Shown: positions 31,429-40,776 of the stretch, in pieces
Layout of the letters: each line of letters opens with the position of its first letter
How positions within the stretch are numbered: the first letter of the stretch is position 1
Assembly (NCBI GenBank): GCA_045863235.1
Contig: BTUM01000031.1
Location: 15,623 to 79,622 of the forward strand
DNA from: Candidatus Xenobia bacterium
GTDB taxonomy: Bacteria; Vulcanimicrobiota; Xenobia; Xenobiales; QWHO01
Direction: 5' to 3'
DNA length: 64,000 bases
Position numbers and translations under genes: made by a program
Notes under the pieces: generated by a model
The model's input: only the letters and a program-made list of their open reading frames with translations
Told to the model about the DNA's origin: nothing
Databases searched by the model: none

Positions 31429-34400
31429 TGGACACTCCCGGCGCCCAGGCCGACCTGATCCGCATCCGCCCCACCATCTTGATCGGGCTGGGAGGCACCG
31501 GCGGCGACGTCATCTTGCGCGTGCGCAAGCGCTTCTACGAGAAGTACGGCACGCTGTCGGAGTTTCCCATCGTGGCCTACCTGTGGCTCGACACCGACAA
31601 GAGCGAGAAGCACATCCTGGGCAAGGAAGTGCGCGAGTTCGTGCGCATGACCGACGTCGAGCGGTTGATGCTCACGATCGGCGACACCACCGTCATCACC
31701 CAGAACCTGAAAGAGCCCAACAACGCCCACATCGACAAGTGGTGGTACCCGGGCCTGAACGCGCTGGGCCAGATGAACGAGGGCGCGGGACAGATCCGCG
31801 CCTACAGCCGGCTGGCCTTCTTTCACCACTACAAGACCATCCGCGCGGCCGTGACCGAGGCCAACACCCGGGTGCGCGATCCGCACGCCATGGAGCGGAT
31901 GATGCACTCGAACATCCTCAAGGACCAGGGCATCCTGGCTCAAGTCGAGTTCAACCAGCCCACCAACGTCTACCTGGTCACCTCCATCGCCGGCGGGACC
32001 GGCAGCGGGCTGTTGCTCGATACCGCTTTCATGATCAAGGACCTGTTCCAGGAAGGCAACGTCACCCTCAGCTCGTTTCTGGTCTTCCCCGATCACTTCG
32101 GCACCATCACCAACGAGAAGATGAAGGCCAACGCCTACGCCCTGCTCAAGGAGCTGAACTACTACAAGTATGGCAGCCACACGTTCGACGCCGAGTGGTC
32201 GCTGGGAGTCACTGCCCGGGTTCCCATCCCCCCCTTCGACTACTGCTACGTCTTCGACAACCAGAACGCGGCCGGCCAGGCCACCGGCGGCCAGCCCGGC
32301 AGCCAGGAGCTGATCTTCGAGCTTCTGGCCGACTCTATCTTCAAGGATTTCTCCCACGGCGAGTTCGCCGACCACAAGCGCAGCGCCCGGGTCAACCTGC
32401 GCCAGTACATGAACAAGACCTACGAGCACGCCCATCCGCGCTTCAAGCAGAACTTCATCCAGCGCTACCAGTCGTTTGGCATGTCCACCATCGTGGTACC
32501 CCACGCCCGCATCACCACCGCCTGCGCCTACAAGCTGGCCACCGAGGTGGTGGACCTGTGGTCGGGCCAGAGCAAGGCCTCTTTCAACCAGGCCGATCTG
32601 CCCCGTTTCGTCAAGGAAGACTTCCTGCCCGCCCTGCACCTTCTGGAGGACGACTCCAAGCGCAAGAACGAGATCCTCTTCTCTCTGCTCGATCCGGGCG
32701 GCCTGGCCGACCCCGACAAGGGGCGCAACCAGGGCCTGCTCGACGAGTTGAGCAAGTGGTCGCAGGAGGTGCTGCGCAACGTGGAGCGCGGCCAGCTCGG
32801 CCCGCGCCAGACCCTGCGCGACTTTCTGGAAGAGAAGTTCGGCGAGCAAGAAAAGCGCCTCAAGGCCGAAGAGCTGGGGGCCGAGCCCGAGAAGTGGGGC
32901 CACTTCCCGCGCACCATCCGGGCCAACCTGGAGGCCCTGGAGAAGCGCGCCAGCGAGGACATCCGCAAGAAAGCGTTCCAACTCGTCGATCAAAAGAACG
33001 ACAGCCTGAAGTACTCCGAAGCCGTCTTGAACGAGACCGTCGAGGTGTTGCGCTCGTTCGTGACCACTTTCCAGAAAAAGCAGAGCGACATTCAGGACGT
33101 TCTGGTCCGGCGCCAGAAAGAGGCCACCCGCCGGCTGCAGGAAGTGGGGCGCTACCAGAACCGCTCCAACCTGGACGGGCGTAAGGGCATCATCCTGGCT
33201 TACGTGGCCGAGCGCTACCTCGAGTCGCTGGTGGGCGACAACCGCACTCCCGGCCTCTTGCGCTGCCAGCTGCAGGCCCGCGTCTACAGGGAGGGAGCCG
33301 AGCTGATCGAGCGGTTGGCCCGGGCCATCCAGGGCAGCGAGCGTCCCGATGGGCGTCGGGGCGGAGGGATGGTGGATCAGCTCACCTCCCTGGCCCGCGA
33401 CCTCGAGGGGCTCAAGAACGAGCTGGCGGGCGGGTTCAAGTACTTCAGTCAGAAGGATCCCCAGCCCCAGGCCCTGGTTCTCTACGAGCCCACCGACATC
33501 GAGAGCAAGTACTACCCGGCCTACGTCAAGGGCACCGAGACGGTGCAGGCGGTCAGCAAGGCCGTGCTCAAGCGGCTGGAGCGGGCCGTCACGGGCCTGG
33601 CAGCCGACATCGCGGCAGGGCGCACCGAGGAGTGGAAGCGGGCTCTCTTGACCGAGTCGCGCAACCTGTTCGCCGGGCTGAAGACCGACTTTCACGTGGT
33701 CAAGGTGCTCTACACCACGATGGACGAGCAGACGCGCAACAACCACCTGCGCCAGATGTACTCCCGCTCGGCCTACTGGGCCACCAGAAGCGGCCTGCAT
33801 GGGACCTTCCAGCTGCCTGAAGAGCAGATCCACACCATGTGCGGGTTGCCCTCAGCGGCCGGCATGAGCCCATCGGACGCCGCCGAGCTGACCGGCTACC
33901 TCAACCAGCTCAAGGCCTATCTCACCCGCGAGGTGACCGGCAAGCTGAACTTCTATCCCATCCCCGAATCGAGCGAGATCATCTTCTACCAGGAGGCGGG
34001 CGGCTTCCCCATCAACTACATGGCCCGCTTGACCGATCTGCGCGGCTCCTACCTCAAGCTTTACACCAACGGCGAGCCGCTGCACATCGACTGCAACGAC
34101 AAGAAGTTCCCCGACCTGATGGTGCTCAACCAGGAAGAGCGGCGCTCTCTGGAGGAAGCCTACGAGTGCTGGGTGCTCGGCTGTCTGTTCGACGTGCTGG
34201 AGTTCAAGGGGGGCGAGTATCTGTGGCAGGAGCGCGACGGTTTCCAGATGCGCCCGCACCCTCTGGGGGATCGGCACATGATGCTGGTCAAGCTGACCAC
34301 CGGGGCGGCCACCCGCGAGAAGCTCTACAAGCTCGTCAAGCAGCGGCGCGACGCGGTGCTCTCCACCCAGGACGAGCAGGAGATGGCCGCCTACTGCGCC

Positions 34401-34667
34401 CTGCTCGAGCATTACAAGCGCGAGGCTTACGGCGAGAAGTGGGGCAAGGTCTCCAGCGAGTCGGAGCTACCCTTCGAGGACATGATGACGGTGCGGGTTC
34501 TCTCCGATGAGGTGCAGCACGTGATGGAGTCCCCTCTGGTACGCTCGCTGGGGCCCGACGCCATCGGGCAGAAGGCCGAAGAGGTGATGGCCCGGGCCGA
34601 GCAGTTCACCAGGAAGCGCGAGGACGGCAAGCTGGCCCTGCTGGCGGCCACCAAGACCAAGCCCTAG
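31428..34667 (+). CDS. tubulin-like (Tubulin_2 / FtsZ-superfamily) GTPase domain protein with long helical C-terminus
   Basis: IGLGGTGG, GAGQIRAYSRLAF, SIAGGTGSG, ANAYALLKEL. Confidence 0.9.
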   Translation: MDTPGAQADLIRIRPTILIGLGGTGGDVILRVRKRFYEKYGTLSEFPIVAYLWLDTDKSEKHILGKEVREFVRMTDVERLMLTIGDTTVITQNLKEPNNAHIDKWWYPGLNALGQMNEGAGQIRAYSRLAFFHHYKTIRAAVTEANTRVRDPHAMERMMHSNILKDQGILAQVEFNQPTNVYLVTSIAGGTGSGLLLDTAFMIKDLFQEGNVTLSSFLVFPDHFGTITNEKMKANAYALLKELNYYKYGSHTFDAEWSLGVTARVPIPPFDYCYVFDNQNAAGQATGGQPGSQELIFELLADSIFKDFSHGEFADHKRSARVNLRQYMNKTYEHAHPRFKQNFIQRYQSFGMSTIVVPHARITTACAYKLATEVVDLWSGQSKASFNQADLPRFVKEDFLPALHLLEDDSKRKNEILFSLLDPGGLADPDKGRNQGLLDELSKWSQEVLRNVERGQLGPRQTLRDFLEEKFGEQEKRLKAEELGAEPEKWGHFPRTIRANLEALEKRASEDIRKKAFQLVDQKNDSLKYSEAVLNETVEVLRSFVTTFQKKQSDIQDVLVRRQKEATRRLQEVGRYQNRSNLDGRKGIILAYVAERYLESLVGDNRTPGLLRCQLQARVYREGAELIERLARAIQGSERPDGRRGGGMVDQLTSLARDLEGLKNELAGGFKYFSQKDPQPQALVLYEPTDIESKYYPAYVKGTETVQAVSKAVLKRLERAVTGLAADIAAGRTEEWKRALLTESRNLFAGLKTDFHVVKVLYTTMDEQTRNNHLRQMYSRSAYWATRSGLHGTFQLPEEQIHTMCGLPSAAGMSPSDAAELTGYLNQLKAYLTREVTGKLNFYPIPESSEIIFYQEAGGFPINYMARLTDLRGSYLKLYTNGEPLHIDCNDKKFPDLMVLNQEERRSLEEAYECWVLGCLFDVLEFKGGEYLWQERDGFQMRPHPLGDRHMMLVKLTTGAATREKLYKLVKQRRDAVLSTQDEQEMAAYCALLEHYKREAYGEKWGKVSSESELPFEDMMTVRVLSDEVQHVMESPLVRSLGPDAIGQKAEEVMARAEQFTRKREDGKLALLAATKTKP

Positions 34668-35204
34668 ATGTTGTGCCTGCGCTGCGGAGCCAGCCCTCCG
34701 GCAGGCTCGAAGTATTGCCCTCAATGCAACGCGCTCTTGCTCCAGGCCGCCCCTCAGGAGCCGCGGGCAGGCCTTTCGCTCGAGGAAGGGCGCGAATATC
34801 CGGTGCCGCAAGAGCGCTTCCTGACCCACAACCTGAACGTGCTGCACGACCTTCTCTATCACAATCTCGAGGAGGTACCCGGCTATCTGAGCGAGTTGCG
34901 CGGGCTGCTCGAGGAGTTCGCCGGTCAGGCCGTGCCCCAGCTCCTCGAGCTCTTGCTGGTGGAGGAGCAGGCCGACCCGGAGGGCAGCTTTGTGCCCGAG
35001 GTGCGCTATCTGATGGTGCGCGGGGTGGATCTCTTCCGAGAAGGACTGGATCGACTCGAAGGCGCCCTCTCTCCGCTGGACGAGGCGGAAGCCGAGTCGG
35101 CCTTCGAGACCCTCTCGCAGGGCAACGATCATCTGTGCGGCGGGCTGCTCAAAGTGGAGGAGCGCCAGCAAGAACTCCTTCGGCGCGTCGAGCGCGCGCC
35201 TTGA
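34668..35204 (+). CDS. zinc-ribbon + helical-bundle protein
   Basis: CLRCG...YCPQC; ATG abuts TAG of the tubulin-like gene. Confidence 0.8.
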   Translation: MLCLRCGASPPAGSKYCPQCNALLLQAAPQEPRAGLSLEEGREYPVPQERFLTHNLNVLHDLLYHNLEEVPGYLSELRGLLEEFAGQAVPQLLELLLVEEQADPEGSFVPEVRYLMVRGVDLFREGLDRLEGALSPLDEAEAESAFETLSQGNDHLCGGLLKVEERQQELLRRVERAP

Positions 35205-35372
35205 TGCCCTCGAAACAGCTTTTTCTCACGCAACGTGCCCGAACCGTCAACATCCGAACGATTAAGAGTTTACAATATTTCGAAAAACGTTAAGGTTTTT
35301 GTTGCAAACGGACTGTTTACCCTGGTGCCGGAGGTCGTGACAGAGAACTATCCGGCCAAGGAGGAACACAGC

Positions 35373-35843
35373 ATGAGTTTACTGAGCGGAATCGGCGACA
35401 TCGCGAAGGGCGCCGTCGGGATTGCCACCACCCCCCTGCGCAAAGGACTGGAGATCGCGGGAACGGGGCTGGAAACAGGCGGTAAGGTGCTGGGAAACCT
35501 GGCCGAGGGCGATCTGGCCGGAGCCGCCTCGGCGGCCGCCAACGGCACGGTCCAGCAGTTCAAGAACGTGGTCTCCACCCCGGGCGAGGTGCTCGGGGAC
35601 GCCAAGGAGATGGCCGGCGGTTACGGCGACGTGCTGACCAGCGGGGTCAAGCTGGTGGGAGAGCCGGTGCGGGGCGCGGCGCGCCTGGTCGGCAACGGGC
35701 TGGAGACGAGCGGCTCGACCCTCACCAACCTGGCCGAGGGCGATGTGGGTGGAGCCATCAACGCCCAGGTGCAGGGTGCCGGCAACGCCTTCGGCATCGT
35801 GGGCGACACGGCCAAGAACCAGGTCAACAACCTGGTGGGCTGA
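35373..35843 (+). CDS. Gly/Ala-rich amphipathic protein with internal duplication
   Basis: AAGGAGGA RBS; GLETGGKVLGNLAEGDLAGA vs GLETSGSTLTNLAEGDVGGA; own terminator. Confidence 0.8.
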   Translation: MSLLSGIGDIAKGAVGIATTPLRKGLEIAGTGLETGGKVLGNLAEGDLAGAASAAANGTVQQFKNVVSTPGEVLGDAKEMAGGYGDVLTSGVKLVGEPVRGAARLVGNGLETSGSTLTNLAEGDVGGAINAQVQGAGNAFGIVGDTAKNQVNNLVG

Positions 35844-35857
35844 GCTTCGTCGGATCG

Positions 35858-35889
35858 AAGAGCCGGGCTCCACAAGCCCGGCTCTTTTT
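35858..35889 (+). terminator. intrinsic terminator
   Basis: aagagccgggct-ccaca-agcccggctctt followed by T tract. Confidence 0.85.
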
Positions 35890-35898
35890 GCGTTGTGC

Positions 35899-36270
35899 TC
35901 AGGCGGCGGGCGGGGAAAGCTCCTCCAACCGGGTAACTCGCTCGTCCAGGCTCTGAAGCTGCTGGCCGAAGCTGCCCTGCTGGTTCTGCACCGCCGTCAA
36001 CATGGAATCGAAGCGCTGGTCGAGCAGGCGCAGGCGGCCTTCGACCTGGCGGATGCGCTCGTTCCACTCGGCTCCCATGCGAGTCGTCTCTGCGCTCATA
36101 TGGGACATCTGGGCGGTCACCTGGGCGGCAAGCTCGACCATTTGGGCGCCCAGTCGGCCCGTCTGGCTTTCCATCTGGTTTCCCAGGTCCTTCAGGGCGG
36201 CGCAGGTAAACGCAAAGTCTCCCCGCACCTGGCGCTTGAGATCATCGATTTCCTCGCGATAATCGGGCAT
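35899..36270 (-). CDS. coiled-coil hypothetical protein
   Basis: Heptad pattern; GGAGGAAG upstream. Confidence 0.7.
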   Translation of the reverse strand: MPDYREEIDDLKRQVRGDFAFTCAALKDLGNQMESQTGRLGAQMVELAAQVTAQMSHMSAETTRMGAEWNERIRQVEGRLRLLDQRFDSMLTAVQNQQGSFGQQLQSLDERVTRLEELSPPAA

Positions 36271-36397
36271 CTCAGACTTCCTCCTCCGGCAAATTATAGC
36301 ATGCCGAGAGTGTAGCCAGCCCGAAGTTTTGACTCGTGAACCGTTATGAACCTGTTATGAACACTGGATTGTAAGGTTAGCAGAAAATGAACTGCCC

Positions 36398-39115
36398 TCA
36401 AGGGCTGACCAGCAGCGGATAGACGGCCTCGAACGAGCGAGGGATCAGGCCCAGCTCCTTCTCGAAGTGAGCCAGGGTATCGCGATACTGGCGCAGAGCC
36501 TCGCCCTTGCGATTCTGCAGCGCCAGGGCCTCGATCAGGTCGATGTGCAGCTCCTCGCGCAGGTCATCCTGGGCCAGCCCGGCCCGGGCGGTCTCTTCCG
36601 CCAGGCGGCCCTGTCCCATGGCCAGCCGGCAGCGGGCCAGCTGGTGATGAGCCCGCAAGCGCAGCTCGAGATAGTGGGCCCGGGGCCCTTCGACCCAGGG
36701 CTCGTCGAAGCTGGCCAGAAAGTCGCCCCGGTAGAGCTCCAGGGCGCTCTGCAGCTGCTCGGCCGCCTCGGCTCCCTCGGCCAGCCGGCTGGCGGCGGCC
36801 ATCAGCCGGGTCTCGAAGTCTTCCAGGTCGAGCGAGGCGTCCAGGTGCAGTTCCACCGTGCCCGACTTGCGGCTGCGCCGGATCACCTCTTGCTCCACCC
36901 CCACCTGGCGCAGCACGGTGCGGATCTGGTGCAGGGCGTGGCGCAGGTTGGAACGTCCGCGGGTCGGGTCGGCCTCGGGCCAGAAAGCTTCCACCAGCAC
37001 CCCGTCGGCGTGGGCCGCTCCCCGGCGGTGGGCCAGCATCGCGAAGAGGCGCAGGGCTTTGCGGGTGGGCCAGTCGCTCTCGCCGATCACGCGACGTCCT
37101 GCCTCCAGGCGCACGTCTCCCAGGCAACGCAGGCGCAGGCGCTCGACCGGCTCGGCCGGCTCGCTCTCGCGCAGGGGTCGCAGCAACCAGACCGCGCCCG
37201 GACCGGGGAGATCGAGGCCTTGCTCGGCCTGTCGGGCCGGCTCGCTCTGACCGAGGAGGTGCAGCGCCTCCGACTGCAGCCACGGATTGCCCAGCTCTCC
37301 GGCCTGCTCGGCCACTCCGGCCAGCACCCCGGCACGTTCGGCACCGCTCAGGGCAGCCACGCTGGCCACCGCCATCAGCTCGCCCATCTTGTTGCCGTAG
37401 AGCTCAAACTGCTCGGCGGCCTCCTGGAAGGCCTCCTGGGAGCGCTGCACCACACCCAGCCCCATCAGGCTCCAGCCCACCAGGTGGGTATCCCCCAGCA
37501 ACCGCGCCTCGCGCAGGCTATCCTCGAAGGAGGCCACAGCCTGGGCTCTGCGCCCCAATCCGAACAACGACAGCCCCAACGGAAAGCGAGCCAGCCCGGG
37601 CAGCCGGGCCATCCCCAGCTCGCGGGCCAGCTCGAAGCTCTCCTGGGCCTGGGCCAGAGCCGTCTCGTAACGACCGGCCAGGGCCTCGACTGTGGCCGAG
37701 ATGCGCAGCGCGTGGGCGCGGGCCGCCTGATCGCCGGCCAGCTGCAGGCTCTGATCCACCGTCGCGCGGGCCGGCTTCAGCTCGCCCCGAAAGGCCTGGA
37801 TCAAGGCCGCGTAGTTAAGGCACTTCAGCCGTTCATCGCGGTCGGAGCCTTCCAGGGACTGGCCGTAGAGCTGCAGGGCCTGGCGATAGCGGCCGGTGTT
37901 CAGGCAAACCCCGGCCAGCGAGATGCGCGCCTTGAGGTCGGAGTCGGCCCGGCCCAGCAGCAGGGCTTCGGCTTGCTCCGACCGGCCCAGGCAGCTCAGC
38001 GCGTTGGCCTGCACCACGGCCAGCTGGTCCGGGCGACCCACCCGCTCCACGGCGCCGATCACGAACTGGTACTGACCGCGAGAGCAGAGCCCGGCGGCCA
38101 CCTGCTCCAGGAGCTCCCGGGCCCGGGTCTCCTGCCCGGCGCTCAGAAAGAGCTCGAAGGCCGGCTGGGACTGGCCCAGCTCGGTGAAAAGCTCGGCCAG
38201 CTCGAGGCTCCGCTGACGACGCATCTCGGCCCCCAGCCCGGCCGCCACCTGACCGGCCAGCAACTGGTGCAGCAGCACTCCTCCGCCCGGGTCGCGCTGC
38301 ACCAGAAAGCGCTTCTCCAGGGTTTCCAGGGCCGGTCCCAGGCAATCGCCCGGCAGGCCCACCGGGCTCAGGGCGAGGAGCTCCAGGGCCCTCCGCTCCT
38401 CGGGACCAACCTGGCCGAGCACCTCACGAAGCAGGTAGTCACGCACCGCGGCCGGGGCCTCGCTGAGCTTACCGGGCAGCAGCCGCCGGCTCACGATCAG
38501 GCTGGCCAGCAGCTTGATCAACAGAGGATGGCCGCCGGTGGCCGAGGCCAGCTCGGCCAGCGGGGGCAGCTCGCTCTCCAGGCCCGGGTGCAGGGCCAGC
38601 AGTCGCTCGAGCAAGAGGCGAGCCATCTCGGGAGGCAGCTCCTCGAGCCGCTGCTCGAAGATGTCCACCCGGTCGAGCGGCGCCACCGGCAGGTCCTCGC
38701 GGGAAACCAGCACCACGCGCGCCGACAGGTAGGTCTGCAGTAGCTTGACCAGGGTATCCAGGTCGGCCGGACGCAGCAGGTGGGCGTCGTCGATGACAGC
38801 CAGCCGATCGCTCTGGTTCAGCCAGCGGATCTGGATCAGCAACCGATCGCGCACCGAGGCAGTACCTGCTTCCCCGCCCGAAGCCGCCTCCAGGGCGGCG
38901 GCCAGGTCCTCCAGTCCCCCGTCGGGGAGGCAGCGCAGGTAGAAACCGCGCCGCCCTGGCTGGCGGTGCAGCAGAGCCAGTGCCAGCGAGGTCTTGCCGA
39001 TGCCCGCCAGCCCGGTGATCAGGAAGAGATGGCGGTGAGCCAGTACGTCGCTCAGCCTGGTCAGCTCGCTCTCGCGGCCCAGGAACGTCTCGGGGGGACG
39101 AGGCAGCAGGTCCAT
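36398..39115 (-). CDS. STAND-type NTPase + TPR + C-terminal winged-helix/BTAD transcriptional regulator
   Basis: FLGRESEL, GLAGIGKT, VIDDAH, TGGHPL; C-terminal WPTRKALRLF, FWPEAD, LYRGDFL, DDLREE. Confidence 0.88.
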   Translation of the reverse strand: MDLLPRPPETFLGRESELTRLSDVLAHRHLFLITGLAGIGKTSLALALLHRQPGRRGFYLRCLPDGGLEDLAAALEAASGGEAGTASVRDRLLIQIRWLNQSDRLAVIDDAHLLRPADLDTLVKLLQTYLSARVVLVSREDLPVAPLDRVDIFEQRLEELPPEMARLLLERLLALHPGLESELPPLAELASATGGHPLLIKLLASLIVSRRLLPGKLSEAPAAVRDYLLREVLGQVGPEERRALELLALSPVGLPGDCLGPALETLEKRFLVQRDPGGGVLLHQLLAGQVAAGLGAEMRRQRSLELAELFTELGQSQPAFELFLSAGQETRARELLEQVAAGLCSRGQYQFVIGAVERVGRPDQLAVVQANALSCLGRSEQAEALLLGRADSDLKARISLAGVCLNTGRYRQALQLYGQSLEGSDRDERLKCLNYAALIQAFRGELKPARATVDQSLQLAGDQAARAHALRISATVEALAGRYETALAQAQESFELARELGMARLPGLARFPLGLSLFGLGRRAQAVASFEDSLREARLLGDTHLVGWSLMGLGVVQRSQEAFQEAAEQFELYGNKMGELMAVASVAALSGAERAGVLAGVAEQAGELGNPWLQSEALHLLGQSEPARQAEQGLDLPGPGAVWLLRPLRESEPAEPVERLRLRCLGDVRLEAGRRVIGESDWPTRKALRLFAMLAHRRGAAHADGVLVEAFWPEADPTRGRSNLRHALHQIRTVLRQVGVEQEVIRRSRKSGTVELHLDASLDLEDFETRLMAAASRLAEGAEAAEQLQSALELYRGDFLASFDEPWVEGPRAHYLELRLRAHHQLARCRLAMGQGRLAEETARAGLAQDDLREELHIDLIEALALQNRKGEALRQYRDTLAHFEKELGLIPRSFEAVYPLLVSP

Positions 39116-39128
39116 CGAGGCAGGCTTC

Positions 39129-39992
39129 TCAGCCGACCCGGTTCCACTCCTCCACGTACTCAAAAAGGCCCGGGTCGCGCTGGCGCAAGAGCTCGCGCTC
39201 GGCCTGATTGTTGAGATAGAAGGCCACGCCCTCAGCCAGGTACTCGTAGACTTTGTGGCTGCGGGCGGCGTACTCGCTGACCACGTGCTGCTCGGCGTCG
39301 GGACGATACTCGCGGGGCTCGGCGAAGCGGTCGGTCTCGCGCGGCGCGAAGACGGTCTCGGCCAGCTTCTTGCCGGTCCAGGCGGTGCCGACCACGGCCG
39401 CCGCGGCCGCCACCGGCACCAGACCGGTGGCCAGCGAGGCGCCTACAGCCAGGGCGGTCACCAGGGCCGGGGTCCTGGCTCCCCGAGCCCAGCCCTCCCA
39501 GTCGCGGGGCTGAGTCTGGGGCGAGGCCGTGCGGGTCAGGTAACCCCGGTAGAGGTGCTCGAGGCGGCTGTCCAGCTGGGAGGCATACGGCTTGTCGAAC
39601 CGGCTGAAGAAGCGCTGCACGGGGCCGAGCTTGCTCTGGCGCTTGAGGAAGTCGAGCGCGTGGGTGATTTCGTGGAGAGCCGCCCGGCGCCGCTCGTTGG
39701 GGGCCCAGCTGGGGTTCAGGTCGATCCGCTTCTGATAGCCGTTCTGGATGCCGCCGATCTGGCTCGGCAGGCACTTGTAGCTGATCCGGTAGCCGGCCGT
39801 GCACAGCTTCTCGACCTGCTCGGGTGTGAACGACTCGAGCACGCCGAGCAGCTCCGCGCGCAGCTCGCGGGTGGCATACTGGGGGTTGAGCAACTGGTCG
39901 AGCGCCTGCGCCGCGTCGGAGCGGCCGGCCTGCTCGGGGATACGAGCGGCGACGGAGCGGACGGGCAGGTTCAAGAGGCCGTTGATTCTCAC
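39129..39992 (-). CDS. anthrax lethal factor-like (ATLF/PPEP-type) zincin with hydrophobic hairpin insert
   Basis: LHEITHALD, SEYA...YEYLAEGVAFY, LRQRDPGLFEYV; GTG 39992 start inferred. Confidence 0.7.
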   Translation of the reverse strand: MRINGLLNLPVRSVAARIPEQAGRSDAAQALDQLLNPQYATRELRAELLGVLESFTPEQVEKLCTAGYRISYKCLPSQIGGIQNGYQKRIDLNPSWAPNERRRAALHEITHALDFLKRQSKLGPVQRFFSRFDKPYASQLDSRLEHLYRGYLTRTASPQTQPRDWEGWARGARTPALVTALAVGASLATGLVPVAAAAAVVGTAWTGKKLAETVFAPRETDRFAEPREYRPDAEQHVVSEYAARSHKVYEYLAEGVAFYLNNQAERELLRQRDPGLFEYVEEWNRVG

Positions 39993-40056
39993 ACGAGCAT
40001 TATCGCTCCAGGGCTTGAAAGTTCCCTGAAGCAACACGTTGTGCCATCCTCCAGGC

Positions 40057-40280
40057 TCAGGACAACCCGGGAAAGACGCGGGCGCCCTGGTAGTGCTTGA
40101 GTGCAAGACCAAAGGCCTTGCTGTCGGTGGGTAGCTCGTGAAGACGGGCCTCGAGCTGGCCAAAGGGGATGTGCAGGGCTCCCGGCAGTGTGCCCTGGCT
40201 GGCGATCTCCTCGCTCTCGCGCACATCGAGCAAGAGGGCGTCTTTCAGGGCTTCGTCCAGGTCCCGGGCAGGATCTGCAT
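40057..40280 (-). pseudogene. rhodanese-like domain remnant
   Basis: Manual translation LLLDVRESEEIASQGTLPGALHIPFGQLEARLHELPTD; ATG 40280 is out of frame and the active-site Cys loop is missing. Confidence 0.7.
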
Positions 40281-40281
40281 A

Positions 40282-40776
40282 TCAGGGCACCGGCTGGAAG
40301 GTGGCCGCCGACTGGGCGAACAGCTTGGAAACGCCGCTCCACCTGGACTCGAGCGACGTGCCCGTAAAGAGATAGGTCTTGCCCCGGGCCACGAACCAGG
40401 TGCTGTGAAACTGCAGCTTGCGGCCCTGCATGGTCATCTTCCAGATCATCTGGTGTCCTGGCGTGGAGCCGAGCTTGACGGACTTCTCGGAGACGATGGT
40501 GGCCTGGGCCGACTTGATCTGCTCGCGGGTGATGCGGGTGAACTCGTCGAGCTTGCTCACCGGCTGGATCATGATGTTGATGTTGGCCACGAAGCCGCCC
40601 TGATCCACCCCTGTGAACACAGACGAGGCCTTGATCTGAGCGGCCCTGTCAGGGTGGCTCTTCCAGCCGGCGGGGGGCACCAGTTGGTAACCTGCTTTCT
40701 TGTCCACGAAGGGCTTTCCCGGCGCAGCCAGGGCCAGCGCGGCCAGCAGAAGAACGAGAGCCAGCCTGAGCTTCAT
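40282..40776 (-). CDS. secreted PsbP/DcrB-like protein
   Basis: Signal peptide; YQLVPPAGW, FVANINI, YLFTGT, F..SAATF. Confidence 0.75.
   Translation of the reverse strand: MKLRLALVLLLAALALAAPGKPFVDKKAGYQLVPPAGWKSHPDRAAQIKASSVFTGVDQGGFVANINIMIQPVSKLDEFTRITREQIKSAQATIVSEKSVKLGSTPGHQMIWKMTMQGRKLQFHSTWFVARGKTYLFTGTSLESRWSGVSKLFAQSAATFQPVP

Noticed and set aside
31395..33833. 812-aa minus-strand ORF (and similar long ORFs 10493..12394+, 18831..20783-, 36467..38743+, 53710..55755+, 58665..60587-)
   Set aside because: Antisense shadows of well-supported genes, expected from high-GC codon bias; no motifs of their own
31428..34667. Calling the tubulin-like gene ftsZ
   Set aside because: About three times FtsZ length, Tubulin_2-type motifs, no division-cluster context
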